Assembly (NCBI GenBank): GCA_022821965.1
Contig: JAJECN010000037.1
Coordinates: 69,421-133,420 of the forward strand
DNA length: 64,000 bases
Source: Candidatus Poribacteria bacterium
GTDB taxonomy: Bacteria > Poribacteria > WGA-4E > WGA-3G
Direction: 5' to 3'
Shown: piece after piece, positions 17,948-27,671 of the stretch
Layout: every line of letters starts with the position of its first letter
How positions within the stretch are numbered: the stretch's first letter is position 1
Position numbers and translations under genes: made by a program
Notes under the pieces: model-generated
What the model was told of the DNA's origin: nothing
Seen by the model: only the letters and a program-made list of their open reading frames with translations
The model's database searches: none

Positions 17948-18010
17948 GTCCCGTAGGGACGGCATCTGTATAGCAGCGCGTGTCAAATCATGAAAAAGCC
18001 CCGTAGGGGC
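17948..18010. repeat. pair of REP-like palindromes (GTCCCGTAGGGACGGCAT / GCCCCGTAGGGGCGGCAT)
   Basis: Direct reading. Same family as 9288-9350. Confidence 0.75.
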
Positions 18011-18249
18011 GGCATTTGTAGAAACGCTGCCATGAAATACCGTGAAAATCCCTAAATTGACACCTAATTAAAGGGTCCAACAGAAAATAAGACTCTCACC
18101 AGAAGGACAACACAACAGTCCGGTTCCATGTCCCTGTTTTAGCATTGTATCGTTGGATAGGGTTGATAGAGATTGGTAACCAAAATTTAGGATACCACAG
18201 AATCATCTAATTATCAAGAAAATTATGGCGCATCCGTTCATAGATGAAA

Positions 18250-20583
18250 CTACGGTAATTCTAACGGGATCTCCAACGTTTCTGGAAATAAGCACTCGGT
18301 GTCATTACACGGTTGGTAGGTAAGTTTTAGAGTGACCTTGGAACTTCCCGTTGCATTCGATTTCTGCTTCAGTTTCAGCGGAATTGTAAGATTATCTTCA
18401 TAAACATTCAAAGATTCGTCACTAAATTCAAAACGCATAGATTTGCCTTTCGGATACGCTATATCAACAATCTCGACCGGCATATCCGTATCTACTTCAA
18501 GGGTTGTCGGAATCAAGTTATCTTGCCCCGCTGGGTTTGCGTTAATGTGCCAACCGGCAGCGATTTCGAGTCGCAGTTCCACTTCAAATATTTCGTTGCT
18601 TTCGGCTTTAATTGTAGTGGAGGCAGTCACGAGTGACGGCGTTGCAGTGTCAAACCCTTCCTGTGTGGTCATCAAGTAATGGTTCAGTGCGAAGTGCATA
18701 TACATAAAGGACGAGGGGCTTTGTGCCATAGCGTCAGAAAAAATACGCAACGTCTTTTCAGCATAATTCCAATAGTCCGCACCGAACGCTAAAAGATTCT
18801 TGACTGCAACAGCGTTACCAGACGGAATTGCAGAATCATAAGGCTTTTTGGTCCGCACAATGAGATGTTTCGCATCCGCCTTTGTGTAATAGAATCCGCC
18901 ACTTTTATCATCCCAAAAAAGCTGGATCATCGTATCGGTCAGCGTTCTCGCTGAATCCAACCATTTTTCCTCGCCTGTGGCATTATACAAACCGATTAAA
19001 CCACGCACAAAAAAGGCGTAGTCGTCAAGGTAAGCATCCTGCTTCACAACACCGGCGGTATAGGTATGCCACAACTCACCATTGGGTTTTCTCATAGTGT
19101 CAAGCACAAACTGTGCAGCTTTCGACGCTGCGACAAGATACTGCTCCTTACCAAGGACATGGTAGCCGTAGGCGAGCGCGTCTATCATCAAACCGTTCCA
19201 ATTGACAATGATTTTTGTATCCAGCAAAGGATACTCGCGCTCAGCACGTGCCTTTAAGAGTTTCTCTCGCGCTGCTGATAAGTCTTTCACAGCACCTTCC
19301 ACTGCTGACGCTTTAGGAACATAAAGAACACTTTTACCCTCAAAATTGGGTCCCTTATCCACGCCGTAAACATCGTTGAAACGCTTCGCGTCCTTTTTAC
19401 CGAGAACCTTCCGAATTTCATCGGCAGTCCAGACGTAATACTTCCCCTCTTCAGCATCCGTTTCAGCGTCCAACGCGGCGTAGAATCCACCTTCGGGTGC
19501 CGTCATCTCTCGGAAGATGAAACTGAAAATATCTTCAGCAACGCGCTGGTAGCGTGGCTCCTGTGTCAATTGATAGGCGTGAAGATACACTTTCGCCAGT
19601 TGTGCGTTGTCGTAAAGCATCTTTTCAAAGTGGGGAATGAGCCATTTCGCGTCAACAGAATATCGGTGGAACCCACCGCCAACCTGATCATACATCCCGC
19701 CGTAAGCCATCATATCCAGCGTATGCGTTATCATCTTCAATAGCGATTCATCTCTTGTGGGAGGGATTTGTCCCCCTGACTCTCTCTGATATTCACTCAG
19801 CAGGAATTCGAGATTAGCAGGACTCGGAAACTTCGGTGCACGACCAAATCCACCGGAGGCGTGGCTATAACTGGTTCGGAGGTAGTCCAACGCAAGAGTC
19901 GTAAGCGATCTGTCAAGTGCTCTGGCGTTAAGTGCAGTGAATCCTCTGCTTATCGCCATCTCAATCGTTTTTGAGATCTGGTCTGCGGATTCAATGACTT
20001 CTGCCTCTCGTGTTACCCATGCTTCGTGCACCGCATCAAGGATCGTTGGAAACCCCGGTCTACCCGGCATATCAGTGGGTGGGAAATAGGTGCCAGCATA
20101 AAACGGCTTTAAATCAGGGGTGAGGAAGACGGAGTTGGGCCACCCACCACGCTGAATCAGCAGCTGTGTCGCGGTCATATAGATTTCATCGAGATCGGGA
20201 CGTTCCTCTCTATCAATTTTGATATTGATAAAGTTCTTATTCATCATCTCGGCGATTTCCGGGTTCGAGAAGACCTCCCGCTCCATCACGTGGCACCAAT
20301 AACACGTAGAATACCCAACAGAAAGAAAAATCAACTTGTTTTCTTTCTTTGCCAGTTCCAATGCCTCGTCACTCCACGGGTACCAGTCTACGGGATTGTG
20401 CGCATGGAGGAGCAGGTAGGGGCTGGTCTCATGAACGAGCCGATTGGTCCACTTCCACGAGCCATCTGGATTCTTGAGAGCTGCTTCATCAGCTCCCGCT
20501 ATCCATGCAAGATTGAGCAGAAGAATACACTCTAAAACTCTACTCCAACTAATTCGATTAATGCCTATTGTAACGGAAAGCAT
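18250..20583 (-). CDS. YyaL/SPATA20-like thioredoxin-domain protein (DUF255 + six-hairpin glycosidase-like barrel) with extra C-terminal DsbD-alpha-like domain
   Basis: N-terminal …[50 protein letters not shown]… matches thioredoxin-like DUF255. C-terminal …[10 protein letters not shown]…[27 protein letters not shown] resembles DsbD-alpha (…[23 protein letters not shown]…). Signal/anchor at the N-terminus. Confidence 0.8.
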   Translation of the reverse strand: MLSVTIGINRISWSRVLECILLLNLAWIAGADEAALKNPDGSWKWTNRLVHETSPYLLLHAHNPVDWYPWSDEALELAKKENKLIFLSVGYSTCYWCHVMEREVFSNPEIAEMMNKNFINIKIDREERPDLDEIYMTATQLLIQRGGWPNSVFLTPDLKPFYAGTYFPPTDMPGRPGFPTILDAVHEAWVTREAEVIESADQISKTIEMAISRGFTALNARALDRSLTTLALDYLRTSYSHASGGFGRAPKFPSPANLEFLLSEYQRESGGQIPPTRDESLLKMITHTLDMMAYGGMYDQVGGGFHRYSVDAKWLIPHFEKMLYDNAQLAKVYLHAYQLTQEPRYQRVAEDIFSFIFREMTAPEGGFYAALDAETDAEEGKYYVWTADEIRKVLGKKDAKRFNDVYGVDKGPNFEGKSVLYVPKASAVEGAVKDLSAAREKLLKARAEREYPLLDTKIIVNWNGLMIDALAYGYHVLGKEQYLVAASKAAQFVLDTMRKPNGELWHTYTAGVVKQDAYLDDYAFFVRGLIGLYNATGEEKWLDSARTLTDTMIQLFWDDKSGGFYYTKADAKHLIVRTKKPYDSAIPSGNAVAVKNLLAFGADYWNYAEKTLRIFSDAMAQSPSSFMYMHFALNHYLMTTQEGFDTATPSLVTASTTIKAESNEIFEVELRLEIAAGWHINANPAGQDNLIPTTLEVDTDMPVEIVDIAYPKGKSMRFEFSDESLNVYEDNLTIPLKLKQKSNATGSSKVTLKLTYQPCNDTECLFPETLEIPLELP

Positions 20584-20594
20584 TTATTTTCCTA

Positions 20595-20828
20595 TTAGCC
20601 CGCCGCTGCGTCTTTTCCACAAATAGGTTTCTGCGGTGAGCGGTTGAATTCTTCACACGTTAGAAGATAATCTTCAACAGATTCTTCAAAAGCTGCTTGT
20701 ATCTCTGTAAGAGAATCGCCGTGAAAACTGACTAAATCACGAATACCGACAAGATCCCCTATGAAACATCCATCTTCCTCGCTATAGACAATTTGAGCCG
20801 TATACTCCTTATATATCATTGTAATCAT
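20595..20828 (-). CDS. hicB: HicB-family antitoxin (UPF0150)
   Basis: 77 aa: …YTAQIVYSEEDGCFIGDLVGIRDLVSFHGDSLTEIQAAFEESVEDYL… matches the HicB N-terminal domain. 4-nt ATGA overlap with the upstream hicA-like gene. Confidence 0.55.
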   Translation of the reverse strand: MITMIYKEYTAQIVYSEEDGCFIGDLVGIRDLVSFHGDSLTEIQAAFEESVEDYLLTCEEFNRSPQKPICGKDAAAG

Positions 20829-21079
20829 GGTGTGATTCCTGCCTCTTGTAGAAAACGTTGTGCCCGCCGTACTTGATATGGCTTTGCTTCTTTCTGAGGA
20901 TGCGGTCTATGAAAGGTGGCAACTACTCCTCTTAATTCAAACCGCACCCGTGAACCGCCTCTCTCACTGACTTTAGCACCCAGCGATATGAAAAGAGTTT
21001 CTATGCGCCTCCATTCTAAATTGGAAGGCACTGGCGTGCTAAAAATGGCGTGCAATGTTCTTTGATGTCGTCTGTTCAC
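20825..21079 (-). CDS. hicA: HicA-family mRNA interferase toxin
   Basis: 84 aa: …GAKVSERGGSRVRFELRGVVATFHRPHP.KEAKPYQVRRAQRFLQEAGI matches the HicA/YcfA dsRBD-like toxin pattern (GSH…HP…K…). Confidence 0.55.
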   Translation of the reverse strand: MNRRHQRTLHAIFSTPVPSNLEWRRIETLFISLGAKVSERGGSRVRFELRGVVATFHRPHPQKEAKPYQVRRAQRFLQEAGITP

Positions 21080-21164
21080 AGAATAACCCGAATTCTTGAA
21101 GTTGTCAGTTCTTTTTCATGGGTGGGTCCGCCCCAAATTGTAAACCTTATACTACTACATATAA

Positions 21165-21340
21165 CTCAAGTTGCTACTAACAGGTTTTGCACATTTCAGA
21201 AAGCGTTTTCGTCTCTTTCCCCACCCCGTAGCGGTGCTATTGCTTCGCAGTGAAAATAGAAAATGGCGTATTTACGCGATTGCACTCCAGCAGAGTGCTA
21301 TTGCTTCGCAGTGAGAATAATAGGTGGCAACTTGCGTTAC
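21165..21340. repeat. composite dispersed intergenic repeat, copy 2
   Basis: Direct comparison with 7885-8050: CAAGTTGCTACTAAC, CCCCGTAGCGGTGCTATTGCTTCGCAGTGAAAATAGAAA, and a second TGCTATTGCTTCGCAGTGAGAATAATAGGTGGCAAC. Confidence 0.7.
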
Positions 21341-21440
21341 ATATATAGAGTACCACAAAGAATGATATTTGTCATACCTATTTTCAATAGAATACAGAAG
21401 GTATCAAAACACGACTCTTGAAGCAGACATAGGTCTACCG

Positions 21441-22550
21441 CTATTGCACAAGTGCCTGTTGTGCGATTGTGCGTCCCTGCTGTGTTAAGGTTAGCTGCGT
21501 CTCCTTCTGTAAAACACAGCGGTTATTCAGTGCATATCTCACGACCTGAGTTGCGAATGTAGGATCCCAGCGGAGATGTTCATGAAGGTGCGCGATCTCT
21601 GATTCCGCTTCTGCTTCGGGAAGCCCCTCGTGGTTAAAGAGATGGATGACCAGCATCGTCTGTGCAAACTCCCATTTCTGGCGAGAACGTCTACGTGCAA
21701 TAGCGATAAGTCCGCGGTTCGGAACAACCATGAAAATCAACCCGAAAACGAGGAGTGTCACCGTCGCAATCGATCCGGCAATGGAAACATCAAAGAGGAA
21801 CGCGAGCCAATATCCACTTACAGCATTAACACACCCAATAACCGCACTCAGGATAAGCATCCGCGAAAGCTCGTCTGTCATGAGATAAGCCGTCGCGGGC
21901 GGTCCGGCGATGAGCGCAACGACCAATATAGAACCGACAGCGTCAAACGCCCCGACTGTGGTTACGGATACCAACGTCATTAGTCCGTAGTGGATAATCG
22001 TCGGCGCGAACCCTAACGTGGCAGCTAAGCTTGCGTCAAAAGTTGCTAACTTCAATTCTTTGTAAAACAACAGGATAAAGACGAGGTTCAACAGAAGAAT
22101 TGTACCCATCACATACAGAGATGCGGGACCCAAGTCGTATCCGAAAGTCTCCAATCGGTTGAGCGGGGCATAAGCGAGTTCACCGAGGAGGACAGCATCC
22201 ATATCGAGGTGCACGTTCCCAGCAAACCGAGAGATCAGAATTACGCCGATACTGAAAAGGGCAGGGAACGTCAAACCGATTGCCGCATCCTCTTTCACCA
22301 GTTTCGTCCGTTGTAGCAATTCAACGAAAACAACGGTGAGTACACCCGTTCCTGCGGCGGCAACAATCAGAAGCGGCGACGAGAGATTCTCCGTGAGAAA
22401 AAAGGCGAGCACGATGCCGGGCAGAATGGCATGGCTAATAGCGTCGCTCATTAAGGTCATCCGTCGCAGCACCAAGAATACGCCGGGGAGCGCGCACGCC
22501 ACCGCTGTGACAATCGCAATAAGTTGGATTTCAAGCTGACTTTGGAGCAT
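21441..22550 (-). CDS. metal (Mn/Zn/Fe) ABC transporter permease (TroD/ZnuB-like) with about 90-aa His-rich C-terminal extension
   Basis: ABC-3 family permease TM pattern for about 280 aa, then a cytoplasmic tail …HLFNHEGLPEAEAESEIAHLHEHLRWDP…LTLTQQGRTIAQQALVQ. Confidence 0.8.
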   Translation of the reverse strand: MLQSQLEIQLIAIVTAVACALPGVFLVLRRMTLMSDAISHAILPGIVLAFFLTENLSSPLLIVAAAGTGVLTVVFVELLQRTKLVKEDAAIGLTFPALFSIGVILISRFAGNVHLDMDAVLLGELAYAPLNRLETFGYDLGPASLYVMGTILLLNLVFILLFYKELKLATFDASLAATLGFAPTIIHYGLMTLVSVTTVGAFDAVGSILVVALIAGPPATAYLMTDELSRMLILSAVIGCVNAVSGYWLAFLFDVSIAGSIATVTLLVFGLIFMVVPNRGLIAIARRRSRQKWEFAQTMLVIHLFNHEGLPEAEAESEIAHLHEHLRWDPTFATQVVRYALNNRCVLQKETQLTLTQQGRTIAQQALVQ

Positions 22551-22555
22551 TGTCT

Positions 22556-23479
22556 TTAATCGTTCCCTTGCTGTGGCTGCTCTGTCATCTTCAGGTTACG
22601 TCTGTTCCGTTGCTGTCGCAGCCAATCCCACAATAGCCCGCGATTTGAGGCAAAAGCGATCGAGAACCCCACCACAACCGTCGCACAGAGGACAATCGTC
22701 GGACCGGTCGGAATGCGTGAAGCAGTACTGCTAATAATAGTCCCACTCACGCCAGCGAGTGCACCAAAGCACGCAGCAAGAAGCATCATCACACTGAGCT
22801 TATTCGTCCACTGCCGTGCCGCAACTGCTGGCGCGACCAACATCGCACTCATCAATACAGCACCGACAGCCTGCAAACCGAGGACAATCGCTATAACGAG
22901 AAGACTGGTCAACAGAATGTCCAGCGCACGGATCGGGAACCCAAGCGACGCGGCGAAACCATCATCGAAAACGAGCAATTTCAACTCTTTCCAAAAAATA
23001 AACGTGATGACGATTGCAATACCACCGAGGACACCTATCGTCAGGATATCGCGTGCCAGAATTGTAGCGGCTTGCCCGAAAAGAAACGTATCCAACCCTG
23101 CCTGATTCGCATTACCGGTCCGCTGAATCAGTGTGTGCAGTACCAAACCGAATCCGAAAAAGGTGGAGAGCACGATACCGAGCGCGCTATCGTATTTGAT
23201 ACGCGTCAACCTCACAACACTCATAATTAGGAGTGTACCCAACCACCCCGCGATTGCTGCACCGAGTACCAGAATCAGGGGTGCTTTGCTTCCCGTAAGC
23301 AGGAACGCTATAGCGATACCGGGGAGCGCAGCATGTGAAATAGCATCACCGAGGAGGCTTTGCCGACGTAAAACAGCATAAGTGCCGAGCGAACCACTTA
23401 CCGCGCCGAGCAGTGCTGCACCGATGGTGACAATCATGAGCGTATAGTCAAAGTGAATAAGAATATTAAAATTTTCCAT
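22556..23479 (-). CDS. metal ABC transporter permease (TroC/ZnuB-like, ABC-3 family)
   Basis: 307 aa, about 8-9 TM. Paralogous to the downstream permease. Confidence 0.8.
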   Translation of the reverse strand: MENFNILIHFDYTLMIVTIGAALLGAVSGSLGTYAVLRRQSLLGDAISHAALPGIAIAFLLTGSKAPLILVLGAAIAGWLGTLLIMSVVRLTRIKYDSALGIVLSTFFGFGLVLHTLIQRTGNANQAGLDTFLFGQAATILARDILTIGVLGGIAIVITFIFWKELKLLVFDDGFAASLGFPIRALDILLTSLLVIAIVLGLQAVGAVLMSAMLVAPAVAARQWTNKLSVMMLLAACFGALAGVSGTIISSTASRIPTGPTIVLCATVVVGFSIAFASNRGLLWDWLRQQRNRRNLKMTEQPQQGND

Positions 23480-23785
23480 TTTTAAATGGTTGTCGATTAT
23501 CGGTTCTTAGTCTCCAAGACGTAGGTGTTTTTGCTTGGGTGTTTCCCCCAGGTTGAGCGGTAAAGCCACAAGCTCATTTTCGCTATACAGAGAGGACCGT
23601 TCTTCAACCAACCTTTTGGGTAGATAGCGTAGCGAAACCCAACATCCCAAACCGTGTCGGTTGCATAGTGCGTTGGGTTTCACTCGGTTTTTGGTGATTT
23701 CAGATTCCTCTGTTCGATTGAAAACTGTGTGCTGTGTGCGATTTTTAGTAGGTCTCCGTTCAACCCAACCTACAAGACTCTTTAA

Positions 23786-23816
23786 CTGACAACTGACAAC
23801 TGACAACTGATAACTA
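23786..23816. repeat. short tandem repeat (TGACAAC)x4 immediately 3' of the ABC ATPase gene
   Basis: ctgacaactgacaactgacaactgataacta, read directly. Confidence 0.8.
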
Positions 23817-24551
23817 TTTCACGAATGCAATGCGTCCACCATAAGTCTCACGTAAATTTTCGGATGTGAACGTTTCCTCAACGGGGCCACTCGCAATCCG
23901 ACGAATGTTCAACAACATCACCCAATCGAAATAGTCGGTTACAGTCTGCAGGTCGTGATGTACAACAACGACCGTTTTGCCATTCGCTCGGAGTTCTTGC
24001 AGGAGGTCTACAATTGCGCGTTCTGTAGTAGCATCAACGCCTTGAAACGGTTCATCCATCAAGTAAACTGTAGAATCTTGAACGAGTGCACGTGCGAGAA
24101 AAACACGCTGTTGTTGACCACCAGAAAGTTGACTGATTTGCCGAGTCGCATAGCCTTCCATGCCAACCTTCTCTAATGCGCTCATCGCCTGTTCCCGCTC
24201 CTGCCTCCGCGGTCGCCTTATCCATCCGAGCGCGCCGTAACGTCCCATCATGACAACATCCAAAACATTCGTCGGAAAATCCCAATCAACGGTGCCTCGC
24301 TGTGGAACATAACCGACAATCCGTCGTTGTGCCTCATAAGGTTTGTCGTAAATTAAAACGTTGCCAGCAGCAGGGCGCACTAACCCCAAGATCGCCTTGA
24401 TTAACGTCGTTTTACCTGCCCCGTTCGGACCGACAATCGACAAAAGCACGCCGGGCGGCACGTCAAGATCAACATCCCATAAGACGGGTTTTTCCTGATA
24501 GGCAACCGTAAGATCGGTCACTTCAATGGCTTTCGTTTCAAGTGCTTGCAA
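23814..24551 (-). CDS. metal ABC transporter ATP-binding protein (TroB/ZnuC-like)
   Basis: Walker [10 protein letters not shown]. Signature LSGGQQQR. Walker B …YLMDEP. Confidence 0.85.
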   Translation of the reverse strand: MQALETKAIEVTDLTVAYQEKPVLWDVDLDVPPGVLLSIVGPNGAGKTTLIKAILGLVRPAAGNVLIYDKPYEAQRRIVGYVPQRGTVDWDFPTNVLDVVMMGRYGALGWIRRPRRQEREQAMSALEKVGMEGYATRQISQLSGGQQQRVFLARALVQDSTVYLMDEPFQGVDATTERAIVDLLQELRANGKTVVVVHHDLQTVTDYFDWVMLLNIRRIASGPVEETFTSENLRETYGGRIAFVK

Positions 24552-24552
24552 T

Positions 24553-25518
24553 TTAGTATTCCGTTGTAGAAGGGGAGGTCGTTGTCGATTCCCCTACCAA
24601 TGCCTTCACGATTGTATCAATATTGTGGCGAACCATCCCGATATAGGTGCCTTCAGGCGTTCCCTCGTTTCCCATCGCATCGGAGAAAAGTTCGCCCCCA
24701 ATTTCCACCTCGAACCCTTTTGACTTCACAGCGGCTTTCACTGCTTCCAAACTCCTCGTAGAGACGGATGATTCCACAAAAATTGCAGGTATCTGTCGTT
24801 CTGTGATGAAGGTCGCCAACGCTTGCACATCAGCGATGCCAGCCTCTGTGGCTGTACTAATCCCTTGTAGTCCACGGACCTCAAATCCATAAGCCTTCCC
24901 AAAGTAGTTAAAAGCGTCGTGTGCTGTCACGAGCACCCGTTGCTGAGGTGGCACGCGTTCCGCTTGTGCCTTTATATACGTGTGCAGCTCGGCGAGTTTC
25001 GCGAGATAGCGTTCGGCATTACTCCAATACATTAGCGTGTTATCTGAATCAAATTCACTGAGAACATCGCGAACCTTTCCTACCGCTTGCATCCAAAGTG
25101 TCACATCAAACCATAAATGGGGATCGTATTGTCCCTCAAATTCCGGGGGTGTTAACAACAGGCTTCGGTCAGCAGCATCTGTCACCGCAAAAGTTTTATC
25201 TCGATATTTCCCGACATTAAGGAGATCACCCATCTTCGATTCAAGGTGCAATCCGTTATAGAAAATAAGATGCGCCGAATCAAGCTTCTGGACATCACCC
25301 GCACTCGCTTTATACAGGTGCGGGTCTACACCGGGTCCCATCAATCCTATCACTTCAACGCGATCCCCTCCAACGTTCTTGACAACATCGGTAATCATCC
25401 CTATCGTCGTGACAACGCGATATTTTCCAGTACCCGATGCATCCGGTTGTTCCTTTGGATCGCAACCCGTTCCTGCGAGTAAAACCATCAAGCACAATAA
25501 AATGTATATTCTTTGCAT
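24553..25518 (-). CDS. metal ABC transporter substrate-binding lipoprotein (TroA/ZnuA/MntC cluster-9 family)
   Basis: Lipobox LLAGTGC. …[12 protein letters not shown]… and conserved His/Asp metal ligands. 2-nt gap to the ATPase gene. Confidence 0.8.
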   Translation of the reverse strand: MQRIYILLCLMVLLAGTGCDPKEQPDASGTGKYRVVTTIGMITDVVKNVGGDRVEVIGLMGPGVDPHLYKASAGDVQKLDSAHLIFYNGLHLESKMGDLLNVGKYRDKTFAVTDAADRSLLLTPPEFEGQYDPHLWFDVTLWMQAVGKVRDVLSEFDSDNTLMYWSNAERYLAKLAELHTYIKAQAERVPPQQRVLVTAHDAFNYFGKAYGFEVRGLQGISTATEAGIADVQALATFITERQIPAIFVESSVSTRSLEAVKAAVKSKGFEVEIGGELFSDAMGNEGTPEGTYIGMVRHNIDTIVKALVGESTTTSPSTTEY

Positions 25519-25529
25519 AATTTAAATTC

Positions 25530-26666
25530 CTAAAAGAAGAAACGTTCTAAAAGTTCACCAACGAGGTAACCTACTCCGGCAACACCAAGCCCCACGGCAA
25601 ACATGTCGATACCGCTTCGTACCAATCCACGTCCGGTGAAGAAACTCCGTGTCGCGCCAACAGCAAAGTGAGACACCATCGCCAGTGTAAACGAGATCCA
25701 CATGGCAAGCATACCTTCTGTAAAGAGAAACGGCGCGACAGGAATGAAAGCACCGATAGCAGTCGCGAGTCCCGTAATCCAGCCCTCTTTGAGCGGCGTT
25801 GCATAGACTTCCCCGATTTTGAGTTCAGTTTGGATTTTTTCCGCCAATGCTCTTTCCGGGTCGCTCATCATCTCCCGCGCGAGTTCCCGAGCTTGGTCTT
25901 TCGGCACACCGCGCGCTGTATAAATGAGTGTAAGCTCATCCTCTTCAAGGTCGGGCATGAGGCGGATCTCCTCTTTCTCAACCTCAATTTCGTGCTCATA
26001 GACTTCCAGTTCACTTTTCGCGGCAAGGTATCCCGAAGCCCCCATAGAGAGTGCATCAGCAACTGTCCCAACGATACCGGTCACAAGAATTGTGGAGAGA
26101 TCCGATGTCGCAGCGATGACACCAGCGACCAATCCAAAATTCGCCGTTAAGCCGTCGTTAAACCCGTAAACGATGTTGCCTATCATGCCCCCAGATTCGG
26201 TTTTGTGCCACGGTTCACCAACCGTGCCAGTAAGTTCCTGCAAACTCTCTGTATGTTGGGCAGATTCCTTAGCTAAAGTAAGGGCAGTCTCTCGTGCCTC
26301 TTCAAGTGTGCTATTTCGATGAAGGGTCAGATAGTCTTTGACTTCGTTCGCTTCCTCCCCGAGCATCTGTGAGAGTGGAAACGCGCTACCAAATCGGCGG
26401 GCATACCACGCCATCAAACGCGCTTTCAACGTTGGTCGCTGTCGTTTCCTGACCCCGACATTGTATGCCATAAGCATCTCTTGCCAACGGATTACATGCT
26501 GAGTTTCCACCTCGGCAAGCCCACTGAGGATCTCTTTCCGCTTGGCATCGGGTTCAAGGCTTGCGAAAACGCCATAAAGGAAACTCGCGTCAATTTCATC
26601 TTGCAAATGATGTTTCCATACTTTGACCGTTTTATTATCCGGTCGAATCCGTTCTTGCTGTTCCAT
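25530..26666 (-). CDS. MbfA-like iron exporter: N-terminal ferritin-like (erythrin/rubrerythrin) domain fused to VIT1/CCC1 membrane domain
   Basis: N-terminal ExxH-type diiron helices (…LAEVETQHVIRWQEML…, …ESAQHTESLQELT…). C-terminal VIT1 TM region …GFNDGLTANFGLVAGV…. Confidence 0.7.
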   Translation of the reverse strand: MEQQERIRPDNKTVKVWKHHLQDEIDASFLYGVFASLEPDAKRKEILSGLAEVETQHVIRWQEMLMAYNVGVRKRQRPTLKARLMAWYARRFGSAFPLSQMLGEEANEVKDYLTLHRNSTLEEARETALTLAKESAQHTESLQELTGTVGEPWHKTESGGMIGNIVYGFNDGLTANFGLVAGVIAATSDLSTILVTGIVGTVADALSMGASGYLAAKSELEVYEHEIEVEKEEIRLMPDLEEDELTLIYTARGVPKDQARELAREMMSDPERALAEKIQTELKIGEVYATPLKEGWITGLATAIGAFIPVAPFLFTEGMLAMWISFTLAMVSHFAVGATRSFFTGRGLVRSGIDMFAVGLGVAGVGYLVGELLERFFF

Positions 26667-26711
26667 TGTTAGATTCCTTTCGGCGGTAAGAAGCGCGCTT
26701 TCACAGCGCGC

Positions 26712-27383
26712 CTACACATTATCTGGATCTTGCACATCATCCACAAAAACATGTTTCGCAACTTCACGTCCAATGACAACCTGTTGCCCCGCAACGTCAA
26801 TCGTAAAGGGACCTTCAAACGGCGCGACCTCCACAACCCGGAATGCCGTGCCCGGGTAAAGATTGAAACTCCCCAAATGTCGGAGCAACGCAGAATCGGT
26901 ATCACTTACTTCAGCGACAACGCAGGATTGTCGTTCACGTAAATCCGTCATTGGAATACGTGTTGTCTTTATCACAACACCGTTTTTATCGGGGATCGGC
27001 GCACCGTGTGGGTCAGCTGTTGGATAGCCGAGAAACTCGTCCATCCGTGCTTCCACGTCCTCTGAAATGACGTGTTCCAACTTTTCAGCTTCTTCATGAA
27101 CGCCATCCCATGGAACACCGAGTGCTTTGAATAGATAAAGTTCCAACAAACGATGGTGCCGAATAATTTCGAGCGCAATCGCTCTACCAGCATCCGTGAG
27201 TGTAACGCCCTGATAGCGTTCATGGCTCACTAATTTCATCGTCTTTAGTTTTTTGATCATCCCAGTTGCCGATGCAGGTTTCACATTGAGATATTCCGCT
27301 AAAATACCCGTCGAAACCTTACCAACTTTCTCTTGTAACTTGTAGATCGACTTGAGATAATCTTCAGCTGCATGTGTAAGCAT
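26712..27383 (-). CDS. DtxR-family (MntR/TroR/IdeR-like) metal-dependent transcriptional regulator with C-terminal FeoA/SH3-like domain
   Basis: MLTHAAEDYLKSIY…GILAEYLNVKPASATGMIKKL…HHRLLELYL… is the canonical DtxR wHTH plus dimerisation domain. The ORF track extends to a GTG at 27464; the start at MLTHAAEDY is chosen by homology and is uncertain. Confidence 0.7.
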   Translation of the reverse strand: MLTHAAEDYLKSIYKLQEKVGKVSTGILAEYLNVKPASATGMIKKLKTMKLVSHERYQGVTLTDAGRAIALEIIRHHRLLELYLFKALGVPWDGVHEEAEKLEHVISEDVEARMDEFLGYPTADPHGAPIPDKNGVVIKTTRIPMTDLRERQSCVVAEVSDTDSALLRHLGSFNLYPGTAFRVVEVAPFEGPFTIDVAGQQVVIGREVAKHVFVDDVQDPDNV

Positions 27384-27459
27384 TGCTTCATCCAATCCGC
27401 AAGAGAACTTAATTCTCATCCTGCGGCAAATATGTGGGCTTTTCACCCGTCCAGTTTTA

Positions 27460-27515
27460 GGCACTATGTGCCAGAATTGTTAGAAATGTTGAGAAATTAT
27501 TTTAGGCATACCTAA
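27460..27515. promoter_or_regulatory. candidate operator region of the DtxR-family regulator / metal operon: palindromes GGCAC-TAT-GTGCC and TTAGG-CATA-CCTAA, each preceded by ATTTTAGGCA
   Basis: Both palindromes are read directly from the sequence at 27460-27472 and 27502-27515. The TTAGG/CCTAA arms match DtxR/IdeR iron-box half-sites but with a shorter spacer. Confidence 0.35.
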
Positions 27516-27671
27516 ATTATATACAACGCAAAGAAAATTGTCAAGAAAAATTTTACATTTTTTCAGGATGCGTTTGGAAACGCATCTACTGAAGGTTCGC
27601 GAAACGCTATTTTAGAAAAAATTAAAATATAAGTTTTACAACATGAGTTCGCCGAAACAAAACAGAACGCG

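Noticed and set aside
23507-23806. 99-aa ORF in the gap between the ABC ATPase and permease genes
   Set aside because: It lies entirely within a stretch made of dispersed repeat elements and a heptamer microsatellite. It has no RBS and no recognisable protein features.
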